Assembly (NCBI GenBank): GCA_035627515.1 | Contig: DASPLQ010000012.1 | Coordinates: forward strand, 199,269-263,268 | From: Vitreimonas sp. | Lineage (GTDB): Bacteria; Patescibacteriota; Microgenomatia; UBA1400; PJMF01 | Direction of reading: 5' to 3' | DNA: 64,000 nt | Part shown: one piece after another, positions 17,846 through 28,296 of the stretch | Layout of the letters: each line of letters begins with the position of its first letter | Position numbering within the stretch: the stretch's first letter is position 1 | Position numbers and translations under genes: made by a program | Notes under the pieces: model-generated | Told to the model about the DNA's origin: nothing | Database searches by the model: none | The model's input: only the letters and a program-made list of their open reading frames with translations

Positions 17846-18637
17846 TTATGATGGCAGGTACGGCACTTGGTTTTTGAAGGCCATTTTTGTCACCTGCTCT
17901 ACTACTTTGACGACTACTGCAGGATCAATTCCCGCTACGGCTAGTTTTTTTTTAGATAAAGTCTCGAAATTAGTGGCCTCCCAAACCGACAATACTTGAT
18001 CGGCTTGCTGATAAGTGAACCCCATCTCAGCTTCATCAGTTTGGCCGGCCCACAACTCAGCGGAAGGTGACTTAGTTTGAATGCTGACGGGCAACTCCAA
18101 GTACTCAGCCAATTGGCGAACTTGCGTTTTATATAAACCGGCAATCGGCTCCAAGTCCGAAGCTGCATCGCCAAAGCGAGTAAAATACCCCAAATAATGC
18201 TCAGATTTGTTTTCGGTGCCACACACTAGGGCTTGGTATTTTTTAGCCAAATCAAAGGTTACAATCATCCGGCACCGAGCCATAATATTGCCACGGCGGA
18301 AGTGATCCAGCTCCTCATCAGTGGCTTTACTCAAACTTTCCACACACACCTCCACCATAGCTTGAATGTTTATTTCGTGCCACTGTGCCACGGGAATATG
18401 ATTAAACTTCGCGACACTGTGACTATCAGCTACGGCTTGTTCGCCATAGGGTAAAAAGACCGGTCGGACATGTGCTGGTCCAATTGCTTGAGTTAAAAGC
18501 GTCAGAGACAAAGCGGAATCAATCCCTCCTGATACCGCAATTACCCCTGTGGTTTTAGCTTGTTTTTGAAAGGTAGTTCGGATAAAGCTGACTAACTCAG
18601 CGATCGTTTGACGTGGATGTGGAAGGTGAAGAGACAT
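17846..18637 (-). CDS. nadE: NH3-dependent NAD+ synthetase
   Basis: SGGIDS, GNIMARCRM, TENKSE, PSAELW. Confidence 0.95.
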   Translation of the reverse strand: MSLHLPHPRQTIAELVSFIRTTFQKQAKTTGVIAVSGGIDSALSLTLLTQAIGPAHVRPVFLPYGEQAVADSHSVAKFNHIPVAQWHEINIQAMVEVCVESLSKATDEELDHFRRGNIMARCRMIVTFDLAKKYQALVCGTENKSEHYLGYFTRFGDAASDLEPIAGLYKTQVRQLAEYLELPVSIQTKSPSAELWAGQTDEAEMGFTYQQADQVLSVWEATNFETLSKKKLAVAGIDPAVVVKVVEQVTKMAFKNQVPYLPS

Positions 18638-19208
18638 ATAATTGATGGTCCCTAATATACTGGTCCACAGCAGGAAGGACAAGCTCCGAGATCGATTGAA
18701 AACTACTTAATCGTTCGCGAATTTCCGTCGATGAAACTCTCACCGAGGGAAAAGTGTTGAGCGGCACCATGTTCTCATATAAAGGTTCCATGGGAAAGCC
18801 CTCGCGGGGATAAACGTAAAATCGATATTTGAGTAACATCTCATGGACTGCTAGCCAGCGATGAAAACCTGCTAAATTATCCGAGCCAATCACAAATGAA
18901 AAGGTATGCTCAGGTGACCTTTGTGATACAAACTCCAGCGTATCATAGGTATAGTTAATACCCTCTTGTTGTAATTCATAGGGCTCAATCTTAACCTGCT
19001 CTGGCCACTGTTCTTGGTGAGCCGCCACCACTTCATCCAACATAGCCAGCCGATGCTCCACAGCGTTCATTTGTTTACCAAAGTGATGTTGCTTGACCGG
19101 CACGTACCAGACTTCATCTGCTACTTTCTGGTCGAGTAACTGCTCAGTGACTTGAAAATGGCCAAGGTGGGGAGGGTCAAAACTACCCCCAAACAGCACA
19201 ATCTGCAT
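18597..19208 (-). CDS. nadD: Nicotinate-nucleotide adenylyltransferase
   Basis: FGGSFDPPHLGH, IGSDN, VSSTEIR. Confidence 0.95.
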   Translation of the reverse strand: MQIVLFGGSFDPPHLGHFQVTEQLLDQKVADEVWYVPVKQHHFGKQMNAVEHRLAMLDEVVAAHQEQWPEQVKIEPYELQQEGINYTYDTLEFVSQRSPEHTFSFVIGSDNLAGFHRWLAVHEMLLKYRFYVYPREGFPMEPLYENMVPLNTFPSVRVSSTEIRERLSSFQSISELVLPAVDQYIRDHQLYVSSPSTSTSNDR

Positions 19209-19229
19209 GGGGGTAAGTATAACGTATGT

Positions 19230-19727
19230 TTATTCCTCCGAGTCCTCCAAATCACTCATGATTGTCTCAGCTGCTTCCGTCAGTAATTCATCAGTCTCAC
19301 CTTCTTCGTCGAGGGTCATTTGCAAAATTTCTACTTGTTCATCATGCTCCATCATTTCTGCTAAGGTCCGGACAGTACCATAGCCGGCAATTTCATAATG
19401 CTCCACTTTTTGAGCTGCTGAAATCAGGGCCAAGTCGCGAATTGCCGATTTCCCCATAGTTTTGATCATCTCCTCGCCTTCACTAATCAAGCCCGCCATT
19501 CCTTTGCATTCTTTGCCTTCTGCCGGAAAATCTAATGTTGAGGCAATCTTTTGCAGGCGTTTGACGTGCTCCTCAGTTTGCGCCAAGTGATCTTGAAAAC
19601 CCTCACGTAGTTCGTCTGTATGAGCGGCGTCAGCCATTTTGGGCAAAGCCTTCACCAGCTGCAGTTCAGCACTGTAGAGATCTTGGACTTCTAAAATAAA
19701 TAAATCATGCAAAAAAGCATTTTTCAT
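19230..19727 (-). CDS. Ferritin-like DUF892 (YciF) stress protein
   Basis: DLYSAE.QL.KALP, CKGMAGL, AQKVEHYEIAGYG. Confidence 0.9.
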   Translation of the reverse strand: MKNAFLHDLFILEVQDLYSAELQLVKALPKMADAAHTDELREGFQDHLAQTEEHVKRLQKIASTLDFPAEGKECKGMAGLISEGEEMIKTMGKSAIRDLALISAAQKVEHYEIAGYGTVRTLAEMMEHDEQVEILQMTLDEEGETDELLTEAAETIMSDLEDSEE

Positions 19728-19837
19728 GACTTCCTTTCGTTGGTGGTTAGCAGTAGTAGCTGTCACTAACCAGCCTGCAGTTTAAAAGTTAAATCTGTGA
19801 AATTAACCTGACTTGAGTAAGGAGGTCGTAAGAAAGC

Positions 19838-22084
19838 TTATTTTTTGGCGGAGCGCTTGGCAGGTTTTTTAGGTGCTTTTGATTTTTTTTGCTTAGTGGT
19901 AGCCTGAGCTTTAGATTTGGAACCTGAGGAGCTTTTCCCAGCCATCGTCTCTTTTTTCTTAGCAAACCGAGCTTGGCGCTCAGCCTTTTGCTGAGCCCAT
20001 TCTTCAGGAGTGACTCGTAGATTTAATTCCGGTTTTTTCCAACTGGCCCAATCGCAGTCAGGATAGCGACTACAACCAAAGAAAGACTTACCCCACCGAC
20101 TGTTTTTGACAATCACTTCACCTTGCTGACAGAGTGGGCAGTGCATGCCTTCCACTTTTTCGACAATATTCTCAGTAAAATCACACTCTGGGAAACGATT
20201 ACAGCTCTTAAACTTCCCAAACCGACCACTTCGAATCACCACCATGCCCCCATCAGCCTCACCACATTTGGGACACTTCTCACCTGTTTCCTCCACCGGA
20301 ATTTGGACACGCTCGGCGTCTTTAGTAACTTGAGCAATGGTTTTGGCTAACGGCGAGTAGAACTCTTTGATGACTTTGCGCCATTCTTTTTCGCCTCGAG
20401 AAATACGGTCTAAATCTTCCTCCATCTCGGCTGTGAAGTCGTACTCCATAAACACTGGAAAATGCTGTTGTAAAAATTCACTGACAGTCATACCAATTTG
20501 AGTCGCCACGAAGCGTTTATCCAATCGCTCTACATAGCCACGATCTTCAATCACCGAAATAATTGAAGCATAGGTACTGGGGCGACCAATACCTCGCTTT
20601 TCCAGCTCTTTGACCAGTGAGGCATCATTATAACGAGGGGGTGGTTGGGTAAACTTCTGAGCAGCATGACGATCAACAAAATCTAAAGATTGGCTATCTT
20701 TAACTTCTGGCAATAAGGTGTCATCGCTGGCACTAAATAATTTCATCCAGCCATCAAAGCGCAACACTGAACCATTAGCTCGCAATAGATAATGACTGGC
20801 TTGGTGATCAGCTTGAATGGTGATCGCTGTTTGATCGTAAATAGCTGAGTTCATTTGACTTGCCAAAAAGCGACGCCAGATTAAATCATATAACTTCTCA
20901 TGCCGCTCAGTAAATTTACTGCTTTGGTGACGGATGGCTGAAGGCGGGAAACTGACATTGGTGACCCGGATAGCTTCGTGCGCTTCTTGAGCATTTTTAG
21001 ATTTAGTGGCAAAGTAACGAGGTTTTTCTGGTAAATATGCCTGACCAAATTCTTTATGAATGTAGGTACGAGCCATCTCGACTGATTGCGTTGATAAATT
21101 AAAAGAGTCTGTCCGATGATACGTGATTAAACCTTCTTCATATAACTGTTGAGCCAAGGTCATGGTTTGTTTGCTGGTAAAACCTAAGCGCGTGGCCGCA
21201 GCTTGCTGCAATGTGGAGGTAGTAAAAGGCGGCAAGCTTGAACGTTCGCGTGATTTTTTCTCGATGCCATTCACTCGATAACTAGCCACCTCTAGATCGG
21301 CCAGTACGGGTTGGACGTGCTCGGCTGTGGTTGGCTCATATTTTTTGCCATTGGCTTCAGTCACACGAGCAACTAATAATGAAGTCGGCAAACCTTGTTT
21401 TTCCAGTTCCGCCCGGTGGTCGCGGAAGCTCAACCCGTTGATTGTTGTACCAAGCTTGGCTCCTACGGCAGTGTTCAATAAAACATCCAGCTCCCAATAC
21501 TCTTCTGCTACAAAAACGGCAATTTCGCGTTCGCGCTCCACGATCAAGCGCAAAGCTACTGACTGCACCCGACCAGCAGATAAACCTCGACGAACTTTTT
21601 TCCACAACACTGGGGAAACTTGATAGCCTACTAAGCGGTCTACCACCCGACGAGCCTGCTGAGCATTGACGAGTTCCAAAGACACTTGTGCCGGCTTATT
21701 AATGGCCTCTAGTACTGCTGATTTGGTGATTTCATGAAAAGTCGCCCGTTGAAAGCGGCGAGCCTCTCCCCCTGTTTTACCTTTTTTACTCTCACTTAAT
21801 AAATGTTGAATATGCCAGGCGATTGCCTCACCTTCACGGTCAGGGTCAGTAGCTAAATAAATAATTTCTGCTTTAGCTGCCAGATCTTGTAATTTAGTGA
21901 CCACCTTTTTTTTATCGGGATCTACTACATATTTAGGCTCAAAATCATGTTCTAAATCGATGCCGAGTTCTTTTTTCGGCAAGTCACGCACGTGCCCCAC
22001 CGAAGCTTCAATCGCGTACTCTTTACCTAAGTACTCAGATAGCTTGCGGGCTTTGGTAGGTGACTCAACAATCACTAACTTCAT
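19838..22084 (-). CDS. topA: DNA topoisomerase I with two zinc ribbons and a Lys-rich tail
   Basis: IVESPTKA, ATDPDREGE, SAGRVQS, ITYHRTDS. Confidence 0.97.
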   Translation of the reverse strand: MKLVIVESPTKARKLSEYLGKEYAIEASVGHVRDLPKKELGIDLEHDFEPKYVVDPDKKKVVTKLQDLAAKAEIIYLATDPDREGEAIAWHIQHLLSESKKGKTGGEARRFQRATFHEITKSAVLEAINKPAQVSLELVNAQQARRVVDRLVGYQVSPVLWKKVRRGLSAGRVQSVALRLIVEREREIAVFVAEEYWELDVLLNTAVGAKLGTTINGLSFRDHRAELEKQGLPTSLLVARVTEANGKKYEPTTAEHVQPVLADLEVASYRVNGIEKKSRERSSLPPFTTSTLQQAAATRLGFTSKQTMTLAQQLYEEGLITYHRTDSFNLSTQSVEMARTYIHKEFGQAYLPEKPRYFATKSKNAQEAHEAIRVTNVSFPPSAIRHQSSKFTERHEKLYDLIWRRFLASQMNSAIYDQTAITIQADHQASHYLLRANGSVLRFDGWMKLFSASDDTLLPEVKDSQSLDFVDRHAAQKFTQPPPRYNDASLVKELEKRGIGRPSTYASIISVIEDRGYVERLDKRFVATQIGMTVSEFLQQHFPVFMEYDFTAEMEEDLDRISRGEKEWRKVIKEFYSPLAKTIAQVTKDAERVQIPVEETGEKCPKCGEADGGMVVIRSGRFGKFKSCNRFPECDFTENIVEKVEGMHCPLCQQGEVIVKNSRWGKSFFGCSRYPDCDWASWKKPELNLRVTPEEWAQQKAERQARFAKKKETMAGKSSSGSKSKAQATTKQKKSKAPKKPAKRSAKK

Positions 22085-22142
22085 ATATTTTTCTAACTTT
22101 CGGTTGTGCAGTAAGCCTACACAAACCGCGCTCCATTGTACA

Positions 22143-23264
22143 CTATCTGGGAAGCCATACGTCTCTAGACTTTTCAATTATGCCCTTTAATTCTAGATTA
22201 GTGACCACCATAGCGACCTCAGCAGCTGACTTATTTACTACCTCGCATAACCCATCAATATCTAGACCCTCTAAACTCTGATGTAAGGCTAAATAAATTT
22301 GTTGTTCTGCGTCATTTAACAAGGCTAAGATATTTTTGATACTGATTTTCTTGGTAATTCTCAGTTCGCCACTATCTAATGATAAGTCCTTGATATCTTT
22401 AATCAAATCTTCAGCTTGATTGATCAGAGTGGCTCCCTCACTTAGTAACTTGCGCGTTCCTTCCGCTTGCGTGCTCATAAACGGCGCCGCAATTGCTCCC
22501 ACCGTACGCCCGTACCGCAACGCTGCTTGAGCCGTATTTAAACTACCACTTGGAAACCCAGCTTCAGTCACCACTACGCCCTGTGATAAGCCTGCAATGA
22601 TACGATTTCGTTGCAGAAAAGTGTATTTGGCTCCACCGAGCCACGGCGCAAATTCAGAAATAATAGCTCCCCCCTCCGCAATAATTTTCTCAGCTAAAAC
22701 AGCGTCGCTGGTTTTAATTCTCTGATGACCGTGCCCTAGCACAGCAACTGTTTTGAGACCATTGCTAAGACTGGCTTGATGCGCCACTTTATCCACACCA
22801 TACATAAAACCAGAGACAATACAGGGCTGATAGACAGCTAAGGCTGTGACCAGTTGGGTGGTGACTCTCTTTCCATAACTAGTAATTTTGCGTGTACCTA
22901 CAATTCCCAGTGATAAGGATTTTAAAGTTGTCAGGTCGCCTTGGAAAAATAACACTAAAGGTTTGTCGTTGCAGTACTCTAAAAAGTGCGGGTAATCAGC
23001 ATCTCCAGCTGCTACATACTTGAGTTGTTGCTGATGGAGATATTCGTGAAAACTGCCAATCGAAAACTTTTTTTTGAGCCGCTGCAGGTGAAAAAAAGTG
23101 GTCTCAGACAACTCCAATCTTAACCATTGGCTATAGCGAAGGTTAATTAATTCCGGCCAACTCAAACTGCGAGCCGCCAGAACTTTTTCAACTTTATCAA
23201 TACTCCCAAAATTATTTTGGCTGCTGACAAAAAAAATTAAAGCTGATTTATGAGTAACTGTCAC
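22143..23264 (-). CDS. dprA: DNA-protecting protein DprA
   Basis: IVGTRK, VSGFMYGVD, RNRIIAGLS, GSLNTA; C-terminal winged helix. Confidence 0.92.
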   Translation of the reverse strand: MTVTHKSALIFFVSSQNNFGSIDKVEKVLAARSLSWPELINLRYSQWLRLELSETTFFHLQRLKKKFSIGSFHEYLHQQQLKYVAAGDADYPHFLEYCNDKPLVLFFQGDLTTLKSLSLGIVGTRKITSYGKRVTTQLVTALAVYQPCIVSGFMYGVDKVAHQASLSNGLKTVAVLGHGHQRIKTSDAVLAEKIIAEGGAIISEFAPWLGGAKYTFLQRNRIIAGLSQGVVVTEAGFPSGSLNTAQAALRYGRTVGAIAAPFMSTQAEGTRKLLSEGATLINQAEDLIKDIKDLSLDSGELRITKKISIKNILALLNDAEQQIYLALHQSLEGLDIDGLCEVVNKSAAEVAMVVTNLELKGIIEKSRDVWLPR

Positions 23265-23331
23265 TGCGCTAGTGTAAGCTACTAACCTTACATAAACTGT
23301 AGCGCGAAGTAACTCACTCTCAGCAGGTGGC

Positions 23332-25200
23332 TTATCTCATTCCATCCCAAATTTTTTTCACCACTGGCCCGGCATCTCGGGATCCCTCTTTGAACTTATT
23401 TTGATCATCACTTTCCACTAAAGCAATCATCACTAATCGTTGTGGAAAGCCATGTTTGGCAACGTGTTGTTGCCATTGAACTTTGCTCATTGGTTCTTTG
23501 ATCTGTCTACTTTTACCCATCACAGGCGACTCAGTTGCACTCTCTGCTTCCGCTGAAGGTGACAACGTTTCACCCACCTCATTTGCAACTGAGTTGCTTA
23601 TGGGCGGAGCTAAAATTGCTGCAAACCAGCCATGGGTTTTGCGATAACCTTTTTCATCGGTGCCACCAAATTCTGCGGTCCCCGTTTTACAGGCCACAGC
23701 CTTGGCAGCAAAAGCGTCATCAATTGTTTGCCCCTCACTGCGCACCTGACCATTGTGCTCAAAAAAAGGAAAGGCAGTTCCTCCAGGACTACACGCATCC
23801 AGCATTCCTCTCAATATTAACTCTAAATGTTCGGGCTGCACGCTGAGCTCTCGGCACTTAGGCACGTCACCTTGCACAAAGTAAGGCGCACACAAAACCC
23901 CATTATTCGCCAGAGCTTGCACCATTTGTGCTGCTTGCAACGGCGAGAGCAGTAAATCACCCTGTCCAATGCCCATGTGATACGTGTTTCCTAGATACCA
24001 CCGTTCCCCAATCACGCTTTCTTTCCAAGCAGTATCTGGCACCAAACCTGCCGCTTCAGCAAAGACTCCACTACCAGGCGAAACGCCCAAACCAAACCGG
24101 CGAGCCATCGCCGCTACGTTGTCAGGACCAGCCCACTCAGCAGCTTTATAGAAAAATATGTCATTACTCCGCGCTAGAGCTCGAACTACTGATATCGGAC
24201 CTTCGGTGCGCCCAAATTGAGTGAAGTACCAATTGCGGTATTCATACTCACCCACTCTTAAAACACCCTCATCAACCACAGTGGTGTTGGCATCCATTTG
24301 TCCTGATTCTAACCCCGCTAATGCCGTAATCATTTTGAAAATCGACCCCGGTGGGTAAGCGCCACTGGCTACCCGATTAAAAAATAATTGGCGTTCATCA
24401 TCAAACATTGCCTGGATTTTGGTTTGGCGCTCAGCTTTTAAGTTGGGAGTACTAGGAACAATTGACATGACATTGGCGTCGAAACTGGGCTTACTAACCA
24501 AAGCTAAGACTGCACCAGAAGTAGCATCGGCAATCACCACTGCTCCTTTTTGGTCACCTAAAGCCTGGTAAGCTAAGTCAGATAAATAAGGATCAAGCGT
24601 GGTTTGTAAGTCTTGGCCTGCTTGCGCCTCTACACGTTTGACAGCACGCTGACGCTCACCGAGCGCATTAACTTCATACACCACACTCCCACTTACACCA
24701 TGTAGTTGTTGATCATACTTTTTTTCCAAGCCCAACTTGCCTACTTGATCTTGAATATGTAAAAAAGAATTAGCTATCAATTCTTCTCGATTGACAGCTC
24801 CTACATACCCCACTACCGCTGACAACGCTTCGGGATAAACATACCAGCGGTGCGACTCCACAGCCACCTTACCTGAGTCACTTGCCATGACTCGTAAGGC
24901 CTCCTCACGTGACAATGGCTGACCTTGTTGATGCCAAGTTGAGTCACTATCCAACTCAATATACTCACGACCATTTAAAGCTAGTGCCTGACCATAGCGA
25001 TCAAGAATCACACCTCTATCAGCTGGCAATCGATCCGTAAAATGCCGATTGTTATTTGCCCGCACCAAAAAGGCTGCTCCACGCACAATTTGGACATCTA
25101 ATAATCTGAGCAACAAAGCAGCAAAGAGACTTAACACTGCTGCGATAATTAGTGTAAACCGAAAAGAAAGGCTGGTAGTGATTAAATGGTTTTTCGCCAT
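23332..25200 (-). CDS. mrdA: Class B penicillin-binding protein 2
   Basis: RGVILDR, PGSIFK (SxxK), SND, KTGT; downstream of mreBCD. Confidence 0.9.
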   Translation of the reverse strand: MAKNHLITTSLSFRFTLIIAAVLSLFAALLLRLLDVQIVRGAAFLVRANNNRHFTDRLPADRGVILDRYGQALALNGREYIELDSDSTWHQQGQPLSREEALRVMASDSGKVAVESHRWYVYPEALSAVVGYVGAVNREELIANSFLHIQDQVGKLGLEKKYDQQLHGVSGSVVYEVNALGERQRAVKRVEAQAGQDLQTTLDPYLSDLAYQALGDQKGAVVIADATSGAVLALVSKPSFDANVMSIVPSTPNLKAERQTKIQAMFDDERQLFFNRVASGAYPPGSIFKMITALAGLESGQMDANTTVVDEGVLRVGEYEYRNWYFTQFGRTEGPISVVRALARSNDIFFYKAAEWAGPDNVAAMARRFGLGVSPGSGVFAEAAGLVPDTAWKESVIGERWYLGNTYHMGIGQGDLLLSPLQAAQMVQALANNGVLCAPYFVQGDVPKCRELSVQPEHLELILRGMLDACSPGGTAFPFFEHNGQVRSEGQTIDDAFAAKAVACKTGTAEFGGTDEKGYRKTHGWFAAILAPPISNSVANEVGETLSPSAEAESATESPVMGKSRQIKEPMSKVQWQQHVAKHGFPQRLVMIALVESDDQNKFKEGSRDAGPVVKKIWDGMR

Positions 25201-25643
25201 CGCAAATGAGTGGCTCGTCGCTGCTCCCAAAATAAGAAACCTTTATTAATAGTGATCATGGCCACAAAACTTAAACCATAAATAACCAGACTCATCCATG
25301 GCAGAGCTGCCCATACTATCGGTATTAATATCAAACTTGCTACCCCTACCCCAGCCAACATCTTTAAGGTCTCACTCCTCATCACCTGGTCACCATATAA
25401 CATCACCCCGATCAACCACAAACTACTTCCCATACCCCACCAAAATGGTACGCGATACACCACTGCAAGCAACCATCCTACCCACACTACCGCTGCTACT
25501 TGAGCTGAAGATGATTTAAAGTTGGCTAGCCAGACACTACTAACTGCCAAAAAAAATACTGGCAGTCCCCACACCCGCTCCAAGGAAATTAACACTCCTA
25601 GACCGCAGGCAATTATCAGCTGTTTAAAAAAATGCTCAGCCAT
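25182..25643 (-). CDS. Membrane protein, MreD-like by position
   Basis: About five TM helices between mreC and mrdA. Confidence 0.55.
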   Translation of the reverse strand: MAEHFFKQLIIACGLGVLISLERVWGLPVFFLAVSSVWLANFKSSSAQVAAVVWVGWLLAVVYRVPFWWGMGSSLWLIGVMLYGDQVMRSETLKMLAGVGVASLILIPIVWAALPWMSLVIYGLSFVAMITINKGFLFWEQRRATHLRWRKTI

Positions 25644-25653
25644 ATTCTTCTCT

Positions 25654-26436
25654 TTATTTAATCTCCACTACTCGGGCGTCATAAAATGAAACCACCTGAT
25701 TAATAATTGCCACTTTTACCGGTGACGCTGGGACCGACCGAATAGCCGCAACTTGACCGATAAAAATATCTCGTTTAATGCCTACTTGTCCTAACGTGAC
25801 TACTTTCTCACCCACTTGAACATCAGCTTCGATAGGGATTTCTGTCAATAAAATTTGACGGCCATCACCTTTAAGCAAGCCTTCCACTCCGCTCTGAGTT
25901 GTAGCTAACACCGGCGGGTGTTCACTAGAGTTCAAGAGTACGACCTGACTTTGGTGTTCACTGACTGACTCAATGCTGCCCACCAAATTACTATTCACTA
26001 ACACCATTTGCCCAGGGTGAATGTTTTCTCTATCACCAGCTGCCACGGCTGGAACACTAAGCGACAAAATCGGTGTCGCCACCGTCGCAGGCTCTAAATT
26101 ACGATCAGTATTTTCTAAGAGCTGCTTCAACGCTTGGTTTTCATCACGTAAACCTTCTAATTCCGCCAGCTGAGCGACGGCTTCGCTATACCGTTGTTCC
26201 AGATCTTGAATCCGGCGCGCGCTTTTGTAAGCATCACGCGTCATTTCAAATGGTGACAACACCACTTGTACTGCTTGATAACTTATATGCTGGACAGGCA
26301 CCATCAATTGTTCTCCAACTGCCCGCACCGGAGCTAATAACCCCACACTCTCTACCACCACTAATACCACCCAGCCCACTAGCCACGGTAGTTTCTGTGT
26401 ATACTCTGTTGAGTGGGCCAATTTAATTTGTGCCAT
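25654..26436 (-). CDS. mreC: Rod shape-determining protein MreC
   Basis: TM, coiled coil (ENQALKQLL), beta domain with GEKVVT.G. Confidence 0.85.
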   Translation of the reverse strand: MAQIKLAHSTEYTQKLPWLVGWVVLVVVESVGLLAPVRAVGEQLMVPVQHISYQAVQVVLSPFEMTRDAYKSARRIQDLEQRYSEAVAQLAELEGLRDENQALKQLLENTDRNLEPATVATPILSLSVPAVAAGDRENIHPGQMVLVNSNLVGSIESVSEHQSQVVLLNSSEHPPVLATTQSGVEGLLKGDGRQILLTEIPIEADVQVGEKVVTLGQVGIKRDIFIGQVAAIRSVPASPVKVAIINQVVSFYDARVVEIK

Positions 26437-26437
26437 A

Positions 26438-27472
26438 TCATGTTACATCCTGTAAACCTAAGACAATATCGTCATAGGGTGTGGGCGAAAAACAAGCTTG
26501 TGAACGCAACTCAGATGCAATCACTCCACCCAACCCGCTCAGTAAACTACCTCCGCCACTAAAGAAGATACCATTCTCTAATGATGACGCCACCAACTCG
26601 GCCGGTGCCTGAGAAAAAACCGCTTTCATTTCTGTAATTAATTCCTTCGTTAAAGTTTGAAACGCCTGACCCAAATCTTGGCTGGATACTTGTGCTGTCA
26701 GCGGCAAATTGGTTATTAAGTCTTTGCCCCGGACCACCATCTTTTTGTCGGGAATCTTATATTCTTTATCCCATGGTGTGAGCAAACCGACGCTGATTTT
26801 GACCTTTTCCGCTGTTTGGTGACTAATTAAACAATTATGCTTAGTACGGACTAAATCTTGGACTAAAGTGGTGTACTCCTCACCACCTATCTGCAGAGTT
26901 TTAGCTAACACAATTTCTTGACCAACAAAGAAACAAACTTCAATAGTGTTACCACCAATATCGATGGCAATTAAGCTAGCTTGAGTATGCGCCGGACGCT
27001 TTAAACGAGCCAAGATAGCCTGAGGCTTACTGATCAGCTGGACATGCTGAGCTCCTGCCTGCGTTAACACCTCTTGAAACGTTGCTTTTTCCATCGGGGT
27101 GGCTTGAGCGGGGTAGACACAATGTAAGTTCAAGGGTGATAACATTTCCCAAGCCGTATGGTGACGAACATGAGCCACTAGAGCTTCTAGATAAGCTTGA
27201 GCCAGCTGAGGATGACGAATCACGCCTCGAGTGACAGGAAACTCAGTCTTAATGTTTTCCCCTGTCTTACCTTGTAATCCTAACGCCTTGTCTCCCCAGG
27301 TAATTACCGCCTGCTCGCTCGGTTGATACGTGACACAAGTTGGAATCCGCCACAACTGTTTAGGCCCTGCTACACACTTTGTGCTTACAGACCCAAAATC
27401 AAGATACAGATGATGTGCGCGTAACGGGGTAACTCGTGCAAACCGTTCCCACAATCGGCCGAAGCGACTCAT
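26438..27472 (-). CDS. mreB: Divergent MreB-family actin-like protein
   Basis: LDFGS, DIGGNT, SGGGSLL, TAEKVK, VRGKDL; upstream of mreC. Confidence 0.8.
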   Translation of the reverse strand: MSRFGRLWERFARVTPLRAHHLYLDFGSVSTKCVAGPKQLWRIPTCVTYQPSEQAVITWGDKALGLQGKTGENIKTEFPVTRGVIRHPQLAQAYLEALVAHVRHHTAWEMLSPLNLHCVYPAQATPMEKATFQEVLTQAGAQHVQLISKPQAILARLKRPAHTQASLIAIDIGGNTIEVCFFVGQEIVLAKTLQIGGEEYTTLVQDLVRTKHNCLISHQTAEKVKISVGLLTPWDKEYKIPDKKMVVRGKDLITNLPLTAQVSSQDLGQAFQTLTKELITEMKAVFSQAPAELVASSLENGIFFSGGGSLLSGLGGVIASELRSQACFSPTPYDDIVLGLQDVT

Positions 27473-27503
27473 AGTGGGTACCAGAATACCATACTTGGCA
27501 GGT

Positions 27504-28151
27504 TTACTTAATAGCGTTCAGGACTTCTGCTGCATCACGCCATTGATCGTCATTGATGAGTTGTTCAGCTTGATCTAATTGACCTAAAGCCCCAGGATTG
27601 CCTGCAAAGTATTGGCGCATACCATTGATGCGTTCACGAACCATGTCTTCTTTCAGCTCTAAAGCTTTTTCGAGCATGATTTCTTCTAAATCAGGAATCA
27701 ATTTGCTTAAATACGTAATCATCTCTTCTTGGCGCTGAACTTCAGTGACGTCTTTTTTGAGCATCATTTTCTTCAGCTCATCCAGCTCTTCTTCGGTGAC
27801 TAATAACTCCACGTCTTTTTCTAAAAAGTCCTCCCAGATTACTTGTTGGAGTTCATCTAAAAAGGCTTCCTTATCTTCGTCAGAGCCATCCATGACGCCT
27901 AAGAGATGAAAAATGTTTTGATCTTCGAGCGCTTGTGAAATTGTCGGCCGTGGGGCATCACCATTAGGTGTAGCGGGTTGAGCCATGTCTGTTGGTGGAG
28001 CCATATCTATAGGAGCTGGTGAGTGGCCGGGAGTGGCTGTAGTTGGTTGAACTGGGGCTGCAGCACTAGTAGGTGGCATGTAATCATCGACATATGAAGG
28101 CGAAGTTGTCTGAGGCGTGGTACTTGATGAGGGGGCAGAAAAATCGTTCAT
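27504..28151 (-). CDS. Acidic hypothetical protein with P/T-rich N-terminus (DUF5663-like)
   Basis: NIFHLLG...IPDLEEIM pattern recalled from CPR proteins. Confidence 0.55.
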   Translation of the reverse strand: MNDFSAPSSSTTPQTTSPSYVDDYMPPTSAAAPVQPTTATPGHSPAPIDMAPPTDMAQPATPNGDAPRPTISQALEDQNIFHLLGVMDGSDEDKEAFLDELQQVIWEDFLEKDVELLVTEEELDELKKMMLKKDVTEVQRQEEMITYLSKLIPDLEEIMLEKALELKEDMVRERINGMRQYFAGNPGALGQLDQAEQLINDDQWRDAAEVLNAIK

Positions 28152-28296
28152 GAGTTCCTTTTATATGCGTGAGTATCAAGTTACTATAGCAAGATTTACA
28201 AAAAGTGAACACGCGAAAAAGAACCGAAAATTAAAGATGGAAATGACCCTCAGCCTCCTCTATTCAAGATCATATCCCAACCAGTATACTTAGCCG

